Origin: an uncultured delta proteobacterium
GTDB taxonomy: Bacteria; Desulfobacterota; Desulfobulbia; Desulfobulbales; Desulfocapsaceae
Direction: 5' to 3'
Assembly: GCA_963745265.1 (NCBI GenBank)
Contig: CAVUXQ010000034.1
Span: 41,560-105,559 of the forward strand
Length of the DNA stretch: 64,000 nucleotides
This document shows, piece by piece, positions 1-9,849 of the stretch; positions within the stretch are counted from its first letter, which is position 1, and every line of letters begins with the position of its first letter. The notes below the pieces were generated by a model. It was not told the DNA's origin, made no database searches, and worked only from the letters and a program-made list of their open reading frames with translations. A program made the translations under genes and the position numbers.

Positions 1-516
1 TGCCTTGCGCTCATCATCAGCGGTTGGTTCTATACCAGGCGCCACCGCATCGATTACTGGAAGGTCGCGGATATCTACGTGGCCACGGTACCCATCGGGC
101 TGGGGCTGGGCCGTATCGGTAATTTCATCAACGGCGAGCTGTTCGGCCGACCCACCACCATGCCCTGGGGCATGGTTTTCCCCGGCGGCGGCCCCTTGCC
201 TCGGCATCCTTCCCAGCTCTATGAAATGTTTTTGGAAGGTGTCGTGCTTTTTCTCATTCTCTGGAGTTGCAAAGGCAAACCCTGGCGGCGCAGGGCAGGC
301 TGGCCACATGGGTCACTGCTCGCCCTCTTTCTGATCTGCTATGGAATATTTCGGATAGCTGTGGAATGCTTCCGCCAACCAGACCCCCAGTTGGGGTATC
401 TGTTCGGCCTGCTCACTATGGGGCAGATCTTAAGTCTTTTTATGGTATCGGGGGGAGCAGTATTATGGCTGCTGCTATGGCGACGGCAACGGCAGGAGGA
501 TAACGTTACAACATGA
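1..516 (+). CDS. lgt: prolipoprotein diacylglyceryl transferase, 5' end cut by window edge
   Basis: Frame 1 is open from base 1. Translation ...GWFYTRRHRIDYWKVADIYVATVPIGLGLGRIGNFINGELFGRPTTMPWGMVFP...RHPSQLYE carries the Lgt GRxGNFxNxELxG and HPxQLYE signatures. Confidence 0.85.
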   Translation, partial: CLALIISGWFYTRRHRIDYWKVADIYVATVPIGLGLGRIGNFINGELFGRPTTMPWGMVFPGGGPLPRHPSQLYEMFLEGVVLFLILWSCKGKPWRRRAGWPHGSLLALFLICYGIFRIAVECFRQPDPQLGYLFGLLTMGQILSLFMVSGGAVLWLLLWRRQRQEDNVTT

Positions 517-665
517 TGGCGATAGTCCACCGGCCAAGAGAATACTATAAACCGCTGCTTGCAGCCCTTACTCGTTCAAACTTGGACCAAACGGACCCGG
601 AGGTCGATACGCGTTTATACGGGTATCGACCTGATTGAACGAACCGGCGACAGTACTCGACGGTT

Positions 666-938
666 CTATTGCACTTTCTCACAAAGCCGTTTTCCCGGCT
701 TGAACTTGACGACGTTGTGGGCAGGTATGGTAATGGCTTTGCCGGTTCTGGGGTGTCGCCCCTTTTGCTCGGCGCGCCCTACCACCCGAAAAGAACCAAA
801 ACCGACCAGCGTCACGCGCTCACCTCGTTCCATAGCATCGGTCATATTTCGCAACACCATTGTCAAGGCTTTTTCCGCCTGCACCTTGGTAATCCCGTGC
901 GACTCGGCAATGCTTGCTACCAATTCCCCTTTGTTCAT
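666..938 (-). CDS. hup: HU-type DNA-binding protein
   Basis: MNKGELVASIAESHGITKVQAEKAL...VTLVGFGSFRVVGRAEQKGRHPRTGKAITIPAHNVVKFKPGK is a classic HU/IHF fold sequence. I placed the start at the internal ATG (MNKGEL) of ORF 666..977. Confidence 0.85.
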   Translation of the reverse strand: MNKGELVASIAESHGITKVQAEKALTMVLRNMTDAMERGERVTLVGFGSFRVVGRAEQKGRHPRTGKAITIPAHNVVKFKPGKRLCEKVQ

Positions 939-1022
939 TTCCCAGCCTCCTTTACCTGCTGCCGCATTTGTAGCCATTCACCGCATAGGCCCCAGGCTAT
1001 GGCTCAACGTATTTGCTATTAA

Positions 1023-1195
1023 CGTTCACCAGTTACACAGGCTGCCATCAGCCTGATTGCGCCAACCTGGGGCACTGGTAAACGTTTACTGTCATTGCTT
1101 TGGCCAGTTTTTGGTTGACCCGGTGAACGGTTACGTTCGGGTAACATTTAGGTAAACCGGCGAACGGTTCCGGTTAACCTGGTGAACTATTACGC
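1023..1195. repeat. family-2 palindromic element (1023..1084) followed by a cluster of GGTGAACG-like direct repeats
   Basis: cgttcaccag...caggctgccatcagcctg...ccaacctggggcactggtaaacg forms a nested hairpin. It is followed by ggtgaacggtt, ggtaacattt, ggtaaaccgg, ggcgaacggtt and ggtgaactatt within about 110 bp. Confidence 0.6.
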
Positions 1196-1386
1196 GCAAA
1201 CGGCTGTAGTAATAATGAATTGATGGGAAAAAACAATTGTGGAATATACCTAATTTCCCGCTAGGTATATATGCCTAATCGCCTGCCATACGCTATCATT
1301 CTCGGCCTCATATCAGACTCTTACGACACATATAACACCAACGATCGTACTTCTATGCCCCCAAAAAAAATTGAAAAAAGCAACTG

Positions 1387-2046
1387 CTACGAGGTGATAA
1401 GCCCATTGCGAACCACAAAATTCACGAGATCCACACTGCTTTTCATTTTGAACTTTCTCAGCAGACTGGCGCGATGATGATCCACCGTACGGGGACTCAG
1501 TCCAAAATGATCGGCTATCTGCCGACTTGTGTGGCCATCCACCACCAGCTTCAAGATTTCCCTTTCTCTTCTGGTTAATTCCTGGAAGGTAAGATGCGTC
1601 TCCCGGCGATAGCTATTGAGTTCGTCATCTCCCAACCCCTCTGAAAATGCCGGGTAAATATATTTTTTTCCCTCCTTTACGGTAGTGATAGCTACAAGCA
1701 CTTCCTCTTCGGAATCGTCTTTGACCAAGTAGCCGTCTGCCCCGGCAGCCATGGCATGACAGAAGTACTCTTTGGTATTATACAAAGTGAGCATGAGAAC
1801 CTTTATCCAGGGATACCTGCTTTTGATCAACCCCACCGCTTCTATACCGCCGATTTTCGGCATACCGATATCGAGAATGATCAGATCAACGGTATTTTTT
1901 TCAAGAGCATCAAGGAGCTCTTCACCGTCGCTCACTTCGCCGATCACCTGTAGGGCATCATTCTGGGCGATGATCCTTTTGATACCATGGCGGATGAGAA
2001 CATGGTCATCTGCAAGTAAAATTTTGTATGGTGTCGTATCGCTCAT
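1387..2046 (-). CDS. response regulator, NarL/FixJ (LuxR-type HTH) family
   Basis: N-terminal receiver domain (ILLADDHVLIRHGI...DLIILDIGMP...) and C-terminal LuxR HTH (LTRREREILKLVVDGHTSRQIADHFGLSPRTVDHHRASLLRKF). No histidine kinase lies adjacent. Confidence 0.85.
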   Translation of the reverse strand: MSDTTPYKILLADDHVLIRHGIKRIIAQNDALQVIGEVSDGEELLDALEKNTVDLIILDIGMPKIGGIEAVGLIKSRYPWIKVLMLTLYNTKEYFCHAMAAGADGYLVKDDSEEEVLVAITTVKEGKKYIYPAFSEGLGDDELNSYRRETHLTFQELTRREREILKLVVDGHTSRQIADHFGLSPRTVDHHRASLLRKFKMKSSVDLVNFVVRNGLITS

Positions 2047-2341
2047 AAATGCAATTCCTTTGTCTTACCGCTTCAATACCTGTTTTCGTTTTGCCCTTCG
2101 CCCCCCCTGATCCGCAAACCGGCATGCATGCCTTATTTTCCTCATTGCTTTCGGGATCAGGAGTCACTACTTTTTTACACCGTATTTTTCCTCCAGGCAA
2201 AGGGGAACCGCACCGCCCCTCACAAAACCCTCTGGCTGTGCAATGGCCCTTTTCTTGTCAACTCCCTGATAGATTGTTATATTGGCGGCCATTGTCAGCA
2301 GCACAACCATCACTTTCAAAACAATCATGTGAGGACAGTCC

Positions 2342-3766
2342 ATGAAACGTACCGCTCTCTGTGTCATCGCCTGGCTAGCACTCACCGGAACGGCTCTGGC
2401 GGCCACCGGATCTGCCGAGACTCCGCAGGTTGCTAACCTCACATCATCGGTGTTGGGCATTTTTTCCATATTTCTCTTCATAGCCGCCTACACTCTTGTA
2501 ATTTTCGAAGAGCAACTGCACTTGCGCAAATCCAAACCTGTACTGCTGGCTGCCGGTATAATCTGGATATGCGTGGCGCTCACTTACGCCGGCCTGGGCG
2601 ACATCCATAGCGCCGAGGAAGCGATCCGTCATAACTTGCTCGAATACGCAGAACTTTTTCTCTTCCTGCTCTGCGCCATGACCTACATAAACAGCATGGA
2701 TGAGCGCAATGTCTTTCAAGCCTTGCGTTCCTGGCTGGTCAGTCGCGGATTTTCTCTGCGGACGGTCTTCTGGGTGACCGGTATTCTTTCCTTTTTCATC
2801 TCTCCGGTGGCAGACAATCTGACAACCGCTCTGCTCATGGGGGCCGTGGCAATGGCTGTAGGTGGCAGCAACAGGAAATTTGTTGTCCTGGCCTGCATAA
2901 ATATCGTCATCGCCGCCAACGCCGGCGGCGCCTTTTCCCCGTTCGGCGATATCACCACGCTTATGGTATGGCAAAAGGGTGTGGTGAGGTTTTCCGGATT
3001 TTTCGATATTTTTGTACCTTCCCTTGTCAATTGGCTGATTCCCGCATTTTTTATGAGTTTTGCCGTCAGCAACGCCACTCCCAAGGCTGCCAAGGAGAAA
3101 AAGAAAATGAAGCTGGGGGCCAAGCGCATAATGGTACTCTTTCTTCTCACCATCCTCACCGCAGTCTGCTTCCATAATTCTCTTCATCTGCCGCCCGCCG
3201 CCGGCATGATGCTGGGCCTTGGCTATCTTGGCTTCTTTTCGTATTATTTAAAGAAAAAGGAACACCGGCTCTACGATATCGATGATACCCCTCTCTCCCA
3301 TCAGGCCGATTACGCCAAACCGGCGCCGTTTGATCTTTTCAACAAGGTGGCCCGCGCCGAATGGGATACACTGCTGTTTTTTTACGGCGTCATTCTCTGT
3401 GTTGGCGGCCTTGCTCAATTTGGTTATCTTATAAGCATGTCCACATTTCTCTACCATGGTCTTGGGGCCACGGGAGCAAACGTGCTGGTTGGCATTCTCT
3501 CCTCGGTGGTGGACAATATTCCTGTTATGTTCGCAGTACTCACCATGAACCCGGAAATGTCACAGGGGCAATGGCTGCTGGTTACCCTCACCGCCGGTGT
3601 CGGCGGCAGTCTGCTCTCGATAGGATCTGCGGCCGGTGTCGCCTTGATGGGTGCCGCCCGCGGTATTTATACGTTCGCAGCCCATTTGAAGTGGCTGCCG
3701 GTCATCGCCCTTGGCTATGCCGCCTCGATACTCACACATCTCCTTCTTAACGCCGAATTGATGTGA
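2342..3766 (+). CDS. nhaD: NhaD-family Na+/H+ antiporter (ArsB/NhaD permease superfamily)
   Basis: 474-aa polytopic membrane protein with a signal-like N-terminus. FEEQLHLRKSKPVLLAAGIIW and ISPVADNLTTALLMG blocks are typical of NhaD. Confidence 0.75.
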   Translation: MKRTALCVIAWLALTGTALAATGSAETPQVANLTSSVLGIFSIFLFIAAYTLVIFEEQLHLRKSKPVLLAAGIIWICVALTYAGLGDIHSAEEAIRHNLLEYAELFLFLLCAMTYINSMDERNVFQALRSWLVSRGFSLRTVFWVTGILSFFISPVADNLTTALLMGAVAMAVGGSNRKFVVLACINIVIAANAGGAFSPFGDITTLMVWQKGVVRFSGFFDIFVPSLVNWLIPAFFMSFAVSNATPKAAKEKKKMKLGAKRIMVLFLLTILTAVCFHNSLHLPPAAGMMLGLGYLGFFSYYLKKKEHRLYDIDDTPLSHQADYAKPAPFDLFNKVARAEWDTLLFFYGVILCVGGLAQFGYLISMSTFLYHGLGATGANVLVGILSSVVDNIPVMFAVLTMNPEMSQGQWLLVTLTAGVGGSLLSIGSAAGVALMGAARGIYTFAAHLKWLPVIALGYAASILTHLLLNAELM

Positions 3767-3893
3767 TGGCCCTGGCAGATAGTCCTTTGACCGGCATATG
3801 CTTAAGCGTTTCTCCAGACTACGAAGAAGAAAGTAAAAATCTTCCTTTTCTGGACACAAGCGATACGGCAGCAATGATTTTCGGTACAATTGC

Positions 3894-5717
3894 ATGACAT
3901 TACAACATCTTCCAACCACCTGGGAGGAATGCAGGAAGCGGGGATTTGCAGAACTGGACATCCTTTTGGTGACAGGCGATGTCTATGTCGACCACCCCGC
4001 CTTTGGCGTGGCGCTGATCGGCAGGATCCTGGAGCAACATGGTTATCGGGTGGCCGTTCTGGCTCAACCGCGCTACGACTCCCCAAAGGATTTCCTCGCC
4101 TTTCCCGAACCGAGGCTTTTTTGCGGCATCACTGCCGGCAATCTTGATTCGATCGTGGCTAACTATTCCGGCAACAGTAAGGTTCGGGAGCATGATGCCT
4201 TCTCCCCCGGTGGACAGCCATGGAGAAGCGCCGAAAAAAGTAGAAGCAACCGATACCGACCAGACAGGGCCTGTTTGATCTATGCCAACCTGGCCCGCGC
4301 CGCTTATGCCAATTGCCCTATTGTACTCGGCGGCCTGGAAGCTTCCTTACGCCGGTTTGTCCATTATGATTATCAGCAGGATAAGCTGCGGGGATCTTTT
4401 CTCACCGATGCAAAAGCCGACCTACTGGTTTACGGGATGGGGGAGCGGCCTGTGCTGGACATTGCCCGGAGATGCGCCCAAGGCAAGCCGCTTCATGGCA
4501 TACCAGGCTGTTGCGAACGTTTAACGCAAAGTCAGCTACTGGAGAGGTATCCGGACTGTTTCACTCAAGGCAGGGACGCCTTTCTGATTCTGCCTTCCTT
4601 CAACGATATCCAAGAGGCCAGAGAGCATTTCCTGGACGCAGAACTGGCGGTGGACCGTCATGCTCGAGCCGCTTCAACGCAAGTCATCCTGCAGAAACAA
4701 CAGAGCCACTGGTTGGTGCAACAGCCCGCCCCCTCCCCTTTAAGGACCGAGGAGTTGGATGCCCTTTATAGCCTTCCCTTTACGCGACGCCCGCACCCGT
4801 CCACCCCGGATGTCCCTGCCTATAGAATGATCAGAAATTCCATCACCATAGTCCGTGGCTGCTCGGGCAACTGCTCGTTTTGCGCCATCACCCGCCACCA
4901 GGGCGCGGCTGTTTTGAGCAGGTCGGTCGCTTCGATCGTAGCGGAATGCACAACCCTGGCGGCCGAAGTAGACTTCGATGGAACCATCAGTGACCTTGGT
5001 GGCCCAACGGCCAATCTTTTCGGCACCTCTTGCGCTCTTGGCTCGTGCCGAAAGAGAGACTGCCTTTACCCTGAAGTCTGCCGCCACCTGCAAATTGATG
5101 AAACCGGCTTTATCAAGCTTCTTGATGCTGTTGGTTCGCTTGACAACGTCCGCCACGTCTTCGTCTCTTCCGGTCTGCGTATGGGACTTCTGCTGCGCAC
5201 CCCGTTGCTGCTCCGCAAACTGCTCGCCGACCATCTTCCCGGGGCGATGAAAATAGCACCGGAACACAGCTGCGACGACGTCCTCAAGCTGATGCACAAG
5301 GAGCCGCACCGGCTGCTGCAGGAATTTACCCGTCACTGTCGAGCATTGGCTGATACCATGGGTAAACGCATCAGGTTCGTTCCGTATGTGATCAGTGCCC
5401 ACCCCGGCAGCACCGAAGAGCACGCCAGCAAGTTGGCGCGCGACATGTCAAATCTTGACCTGACCGTGACCAAGTTTCAGGATTTCACGCCCACCCCCGG
5501 AACGCTCTCTACAGCCATGTATGTCGCCGGACGCGATCCGGCAACACGCAACACCATCAGCGTTGCCAAAAACGCTGGCGCACGGCTGCGACAGCGAAAA
5601 ATCATCGAGGAAAGATTCCCGCGCTCTCAAGAGGGGGGAAAAGCGAAGGCAATATACTCGGTGGAAAAAGAAGAGATAACACAGGGAATGGAAAGAGCAT
5701 ACCGCCAAGACTCTTAG
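3894..5717 (+). CDS. ygiQ: YgiQ-family radical SAM protein (UPF0313)
   Basis: N-terminus LDILLVTGDVYVDHPAFGVALIGRILEQHGYRVAVLAQP is characteristic of YgiQ. Radical-SAM cysteine motif CSGNCSFC is present. 607 aa. Confidence 0.85.
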   Translation: MTLQHLPTTWEECRKRGFAELDILLVTGDVYVDHPAFGVALIGRILEQHGYRVAVLAQPRYDSPKDFLAFPEPRLFCGITAGNLDSIVANYSGNSKVREHDAFSPGGQPWRSAEKSRSNRYRPDRACLIYANLARAAYANCPIVLGGLEASLRRFVHYDYQQDKLRGSFLTDAKADLLVYGMGERPVLDIARRCAQGKPLHGIPGCCERLTQSQLLERYPDCFTQGRDAFLILPSFNDIQEAREHFLDAELAVDRHARAASTQVILQKQQSHWLVQQPAPSPLRTEELDALYSLPFTRRPHPSTPDVPAYRMIRNSITIVRGCSGNCSFCAITRHQGAAVLSRSVASIVAECTTLAAEVDFDGTISDLGGPTANLFGTSCALGSCRKRDCLYPEVCRHLQIDETGFIKLLDAVGSLDNVRHVFVSSGLRMGLLLRTPLLLRKLLADHLPGAMKIAPEHSCDDVLKLMHKEPHRLLQEFTRHCRALADTMGKRIRFVPYVISAHPGSTEEHASKLARDMSNLDLTVTKFQDFTPTPGTLSTAMYVAGRDPATRNTISVAKNAGARLRQRKIIEERFPRSQEGGKAKAIYSVEKEEITQGMERAYRQDS

Positions 5718-5862
5718 CAAAGTGCCTGGCGGTTTGCATCATTTGTTTCTTAGATCAAGAACTCTTCAATAATCAAGCACAAACTACACAACTGGTATTG
5801 CCGATCATCACAATCGCGATCCGCTCTGAACGTTCATCGCCTGAAAAGTCCCTCACGAAAAA

Positions 5863-6821
5863 TTAGGATTTTTCAGTACGGGAACCGTAATACTGGTAGT
5901 AGTGACCATAGTGGTCAAACATTTGTTTTTTAAGAAAATTTTCAGGAAGCCCATTAAAAACCACACCTACTATTTTTTCCCTGCCTATGGCCTTCACCAT
6001 GGATTTTATCCGCTCTCGGTCTGATTACCGTAGCCGACAACCAGCACTACGGCATCAACTTTCTGGGCAAGAACGATGGATTCGGAGGCGGCCTGGAAAG
6101 GAGGGCTATCAAAGATGATCAACCTGTCGCCATATCTACCCGACAGTTCGTTAATCAACCTTCCCATTCGGGCCGAAGTCATCAGCTCCGCTGGGTTTTC
6201 CGGAGATTCACCACCTGGGAGCAATGAGAGTTTGTCAACCGAGGTCTTGCAAATAACATCTGACAATTCGCAGTCTTCCCGCAAATACTCAGACAGCCCC
6301 AGTTTATCAGTGGATGGTATTCCAAAGAGATCGGCAACATTGGGTCGGCGCAGATCGCAATCGACCAGCAGACAGAACTGATCAACCCCCCTGGCCAGAG
6401 CCACCGCAAGGTTGGTTGCCACGAAGCTTTTCCCTTCCGATTGGGCGCTGGAAGCAATCATGATGGTCTGCGGACGATCCCTGCCATCCTCCGGGAAAAG
6501 AATCCGAGAACGCAGCATTCGAAAGGCTTCGGCATCATACGATGAGCGGTTCGCCACCATGTCCACCCGTTCATCCCACCGCCCGTCCACTATCTGGGGT
6601 TGCTTATAAACAGGCTGCCTTTTGGATATCACTGTCTCAGTGTCCTGGGGCACCATCGACGAATTTTCATCGGCTGGAAGTTCATTTACAACAACCTGTT
6701 CCGCCTGCCTCTCCTTCAACACCTCCTCTTTCTGCTCGGCTCGAGTTACCGGTCGTTCCTCCGTGGTTTCCTCTCCGAGGCCTACTCCGGCTTTTTCAAG
6801 TGCATCCGATATATTACCCAT
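5863..6821 (-). pseudogene. CpsD/CapB (EpsG-like) chain-length-determinant tyrosine kinase, frameshifted near 6000-6025
   Basis: ORF 6006..6821 has a Walker A-like SAQSEGKSFVATNLA and DxD (LLVDCDLRRP) and ends ...VVGYGNQTESG*. The next frame continues RERIKSMVKAIGREKIVGVVFNGL...YYGSRTEKS* to a stop at 5863. Confidence 0.7.
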
Positions 6822-7022
6822 AATAACCCTACCACATGGTTAGTTTGCGCCTGCCCATTTAGAGCGATGTGTTCTGTAGCTGCAGAACGTTCACTAGATT
6901 AATTATAAACGGTAGCCGTTTTACTACTCAATACTACCCGCATTGCCCCCTCGTCACTGAATCAGTCAAGAATTCAAATGCGCTATCATATCTTTTTTTT
7001 CTTCGAAAATCAGGGAGATCTC

Positions 7023-8591
7023 TCATACTATTATTTTTCCAAGACTCCAGGCATACCAGAAGAAGAAAACCACCATCAGACTCGAAACTGCCGTAAGAAG
7101 AGTCAAGCCAGCGGTCCTGTATTTGTTTTTTCTCTTTTCCCCACCTGTGTAAAGATAGGTAACCGTGCAGACCACCGGCAAGCCCAAATCTGCCTCCACC
7201 TCGTCAGGATCACGGTATGATTTGTCTAAGAAGCTGATCAGAAGCAGAAAGCCGGCACCACACGCCAGAGCTCCAAACACGGAACCTCCTACAACCTTAT
7301 AAAAATTTGGTTTGACCGGCTTCTCCGGTAGCCTTGCCGGATCCTCGATGCGGAACTGACTGCCCTTCTGCATTCGTTCTAAATTGACCATCGACTGGGC
7401 TTGCAGGTTCTGGGCCACCAGTGCATCATAGTGTTTTTTCAACTCGCCATATTCTCGAGTCAATGAGGTCCATTCTGCTTCCACCACCGGTGTAGCTTCT
7501 ATCCATTTCTCGTATTGTTTAATGGTCTTACCGAGCTTTTCCTTCTCTTTCTGGATATCATTTACGCTCAAATCGATTTTTTTCAACTGGGCCTGATAAT
7601 CAAGAGTATCTTGGTCGGCCAAGTCAACACTTGGTGACGATTTCTTCTTTTTTATAGCCGATTCGTCCTTTTCGAGCTTGGCAATCATCTTCCTTGTTCT
7701 CTTGACCTCTGGGTGGTTTTCCGTATATCTTGTCAGGAGAGTAGCGAGATAGGCCTGCAGTCCCTGCAGTTGTTCCGGTATGCTGAGAACAGGCCCTTTC
7801 CTTCTTCCATGAGTATCTGATTCCTCCGATTTTACTAGTGTGGTCTGCGATTCCAATAGATTTTTGTGGGCAGCCAGTTGTTCCTGCACCATAACCCGGG
7901 TACGCTCAAGCTCAAGTATAGCATCCAGTTTTCCCTGGTACTGTTCCTGCAGCGAGGTAAGCCGTTTCATGTTGCCTTCACGCTGCTCCGGCATTTCTTC
8001 GAAATTTTTTAATTTAAAATCCCGCATCGCGGCTTCTTTCCTATCCATCGTCGCCTTCGCCAGCCGCAGTTCATCGCTAACATAATTAGAGGTTTCCGTT
8101 GCCCGTTGTTCACGGTATTTCATGTTCTCTTCGATGAATTTGGCGGCAAGAGCATTGGCGACTTTGGCGACCTTGTTAGGATTTGAGCCCTGATAGCTGA
8201 TGGTAAAGTTATCCCCTCGTTTCGACGGTTCAATGCGGATATTCTCGCGCATCAAGTCAATCACGTCTTCCATCGGCAATTGTTTTACCTTATCTTGATA
8301 GAGGTCAAAGCTCTTGATCATGATTTCCAAATTCGTCCTGGAAGTCACAATCTGGGCGAGCGAACTCACGATGTCCTGGATTTTTGCCTGCACGTGAGGA
8401 GACATTTTGTTGGGATTTATCTTCTGCTGTTGGTAACTCAGCAAGCTGTCCGCCTCATAGACTTTCGGTACTATTAAATAAACCATCAAACCTGCAGGCA
8501 GGCTGATCAACAGCAAGGTGATGAAAAGGAACTTCCAACGAATCAGCAGGTCTAAATACTTCTTGAGCAGAAGGCTCTGTTGTTTATCCAT
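7023..8591 (-). CDS. polysaccharide chain-length determinant (Wzz/GumC, PEP-CTERM EpsF-like)
   Basis: 522 aa. An N-terminal TM helix, a long coiled-coil periplasmic region and a C-terminal TM helix give Wzz topology. The N-terminus LLKKYLDLLIRWKFLFITLLLISLPAG...VYEADSLL resembles the PEP-CTERM locus subfamily. Confidence 0.8.
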   Translation of the reverse strand: MDKQQSLLLKKYLDLLIRWKFLFITLLLISLPAGLMVYLIVPKVYEADSLLSYQQQKINPNKMSPHVQAKIQDIVSSLAQIVTSRTNLEIMIKSFDLYQDKVKQLPMEDVIDLMRENIRIEPSKRGDNFTISYQGSNPNKVAKVANALAAKFIEENMKYREQRATETSNYVSDELRLAKATMDRKEAAMRDFKLKNFEEMPEQREGNMKRLTSLQEQYQGKLDAILELERTRVMVQEQLAAHKNLLESQTTLVKSEESDTHGRRKGPVLSIPEQLQGLQAYLATLLTRYTENHPEVKRTRKMIAKLEKDESAIKKKKSSPSVDLADQDTLDYQAQLKKIDLSVNDIQKEKEKLGKTIKQYEKWIEATPVVEAEWTSLTREYGELKKHYDALVAQNLQAQSMVNLERMQKGSQFRIEDPARLPEKPVKPNFYKVVGGSVFGALACGAGFLLLISFLDKSYRDPDEVEADLGLPVVCTVTYLYTGGEKRKNKYRTAGLTLLTAVSSLMVVFFFWYAWSLGKIIV

Positions 8592-8749
8592 GGATACAGC
8601 CTAATATCAAATAATTATTAGGTATAAGGAATTGCACCTATAGTCTTACAGGCAAAATTTCCACTCTTCTCCCGCACTTCAGTTGAGCATAGAGTATTTC
8701 TAGCAAACAATCAATGTTCAAAATAAGAAAAGAGTAGGACCTGAGCAAA

Positions 8750-8802
8750 CGTTCACCAGCACCCCCATCTCTGCGCGATCTGGGTGACGTACAGAGATAC
8801 GC
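8750..8802 (-). repeat. family-2 repeat, solo half-element
   Basis: cgttcaccagcacccccatctctgcgcgatctgggtgacgtacagagatacg aligns with the right arm (reverse complement) of the full copies at 17126 and 29437. Confidence 0.5.
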
Positions 8803-8919
8803 TAGGAGCTAAACATCCTTATTGTAGTCAACTGGAGCACAAGGAAATTCTTCCATCAGGAGTAAATAGAGCACCTCGGGCATGGCGCATTTTCCAACAA
8901 CGAGAGGAAATTTTATGCA

Positions 8920-9841
8920 TCACCTGAAATCCCCAGCCGTAAAGCTCATCACCTCAGAAATATCCGACTTTCCCATAGCGAGCATCAACAAGCGATCAAG
9001 ACCGAAAGCGATGCCGGCGGCGCTCTCAATGGCTGCGAGTTCATCCAGCAACTGTTCCGGCATGGCCTGCCGCCTCCCCTCTCGCTTCTCTATGGTCTGC
9101 AGTTCCTGCTGAAATCGGCGTCGTTGTTCGCAAGGATCGGTGAGCTCGCTAAAGCCGTTGGCAAGCTCCAAGCCGGAGATATAGAGTTCGAACCTTTCCG
9201 CGACCGCAGGTTCCCCCGGTTTGAGTCGGGCAAGAGAGGCTAGCTGAGCCGGGTACTCACAGAGGAAAAGAGGTCGTCCTCGTCCAAGCCGAGGCTCGAT
9301 ATGTTCAACAAGCATCTCCTCGAAGCTGTCCTCTGCCAGGGCCTGTGATAGCGATACGGGCGAGAACCTCTCGAAGGCCTCAGCCACCGTCAGCTTTTCT
9401 CCCCCCCTCCAATGCGACCTCGTGCAACAACGGAGAATGGCGGATGGGAGAATGCGCAGGAGCCATTTCCTTGAGACCGCTGGCGATAAAAAACAACAGG
9501 GCGTCGCAATCGCTCATCAACTGGTGATAGTCGGCACCCGTGCGGTACCACTCCAGCATGGTGAACTCCTCAAGATGCCTGCTGCCATGCTCACCTTTGC
9601 GAAAACAAGGACAGATCTGGAATATTTTGCTGCAGCCGGCAGCCAGCAGCCGTTTCATGCACAGCTCTGGGGACGTTTGCAGAAAATGATCCTCAGCGCG
9701 CAGAGGGGTAATGTTGCTCTCGGGAATCGTCACCGGAAGGCGAACCGGGGTATCCACTTCGAGAAAGCCCCGATCACTGAAAAATTGACGAACCAGACGA
9801 AAAAGGGCCGCACGGATGTGCAGCCCCGGCAGATCCAACAT
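8920..9841 (-). pseudogene. epmA: EF-P lysine beta-lysyl ligase EpmA (GenX/PoxA), frameshifted in a C7 run
   Basis: ORF 9380..9841 is the class-II aaRS-like N-terminal half (FLEVDTPV...QTSPELCMKRLLAAG...FRKGEHGSRHLEEFTMLEWY). ORF 8920..9387 is the C-terminal half (ERFELYISGLELANGFSEL...AGIAFGLDRLLML). The frame changes at ccccccc, 9401..9407. Confidence 0.8.
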
Positions 9842-9849
9842 AATGCTTC

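Noticed and set aside
8801-8810. CTAGGAGC 8-mer next to the family-2 half copy, identical to the family-1 terminus
   Set aside because: The match covers only 8 nt with no further similarity to the 149-bp element, so it is probably chance.
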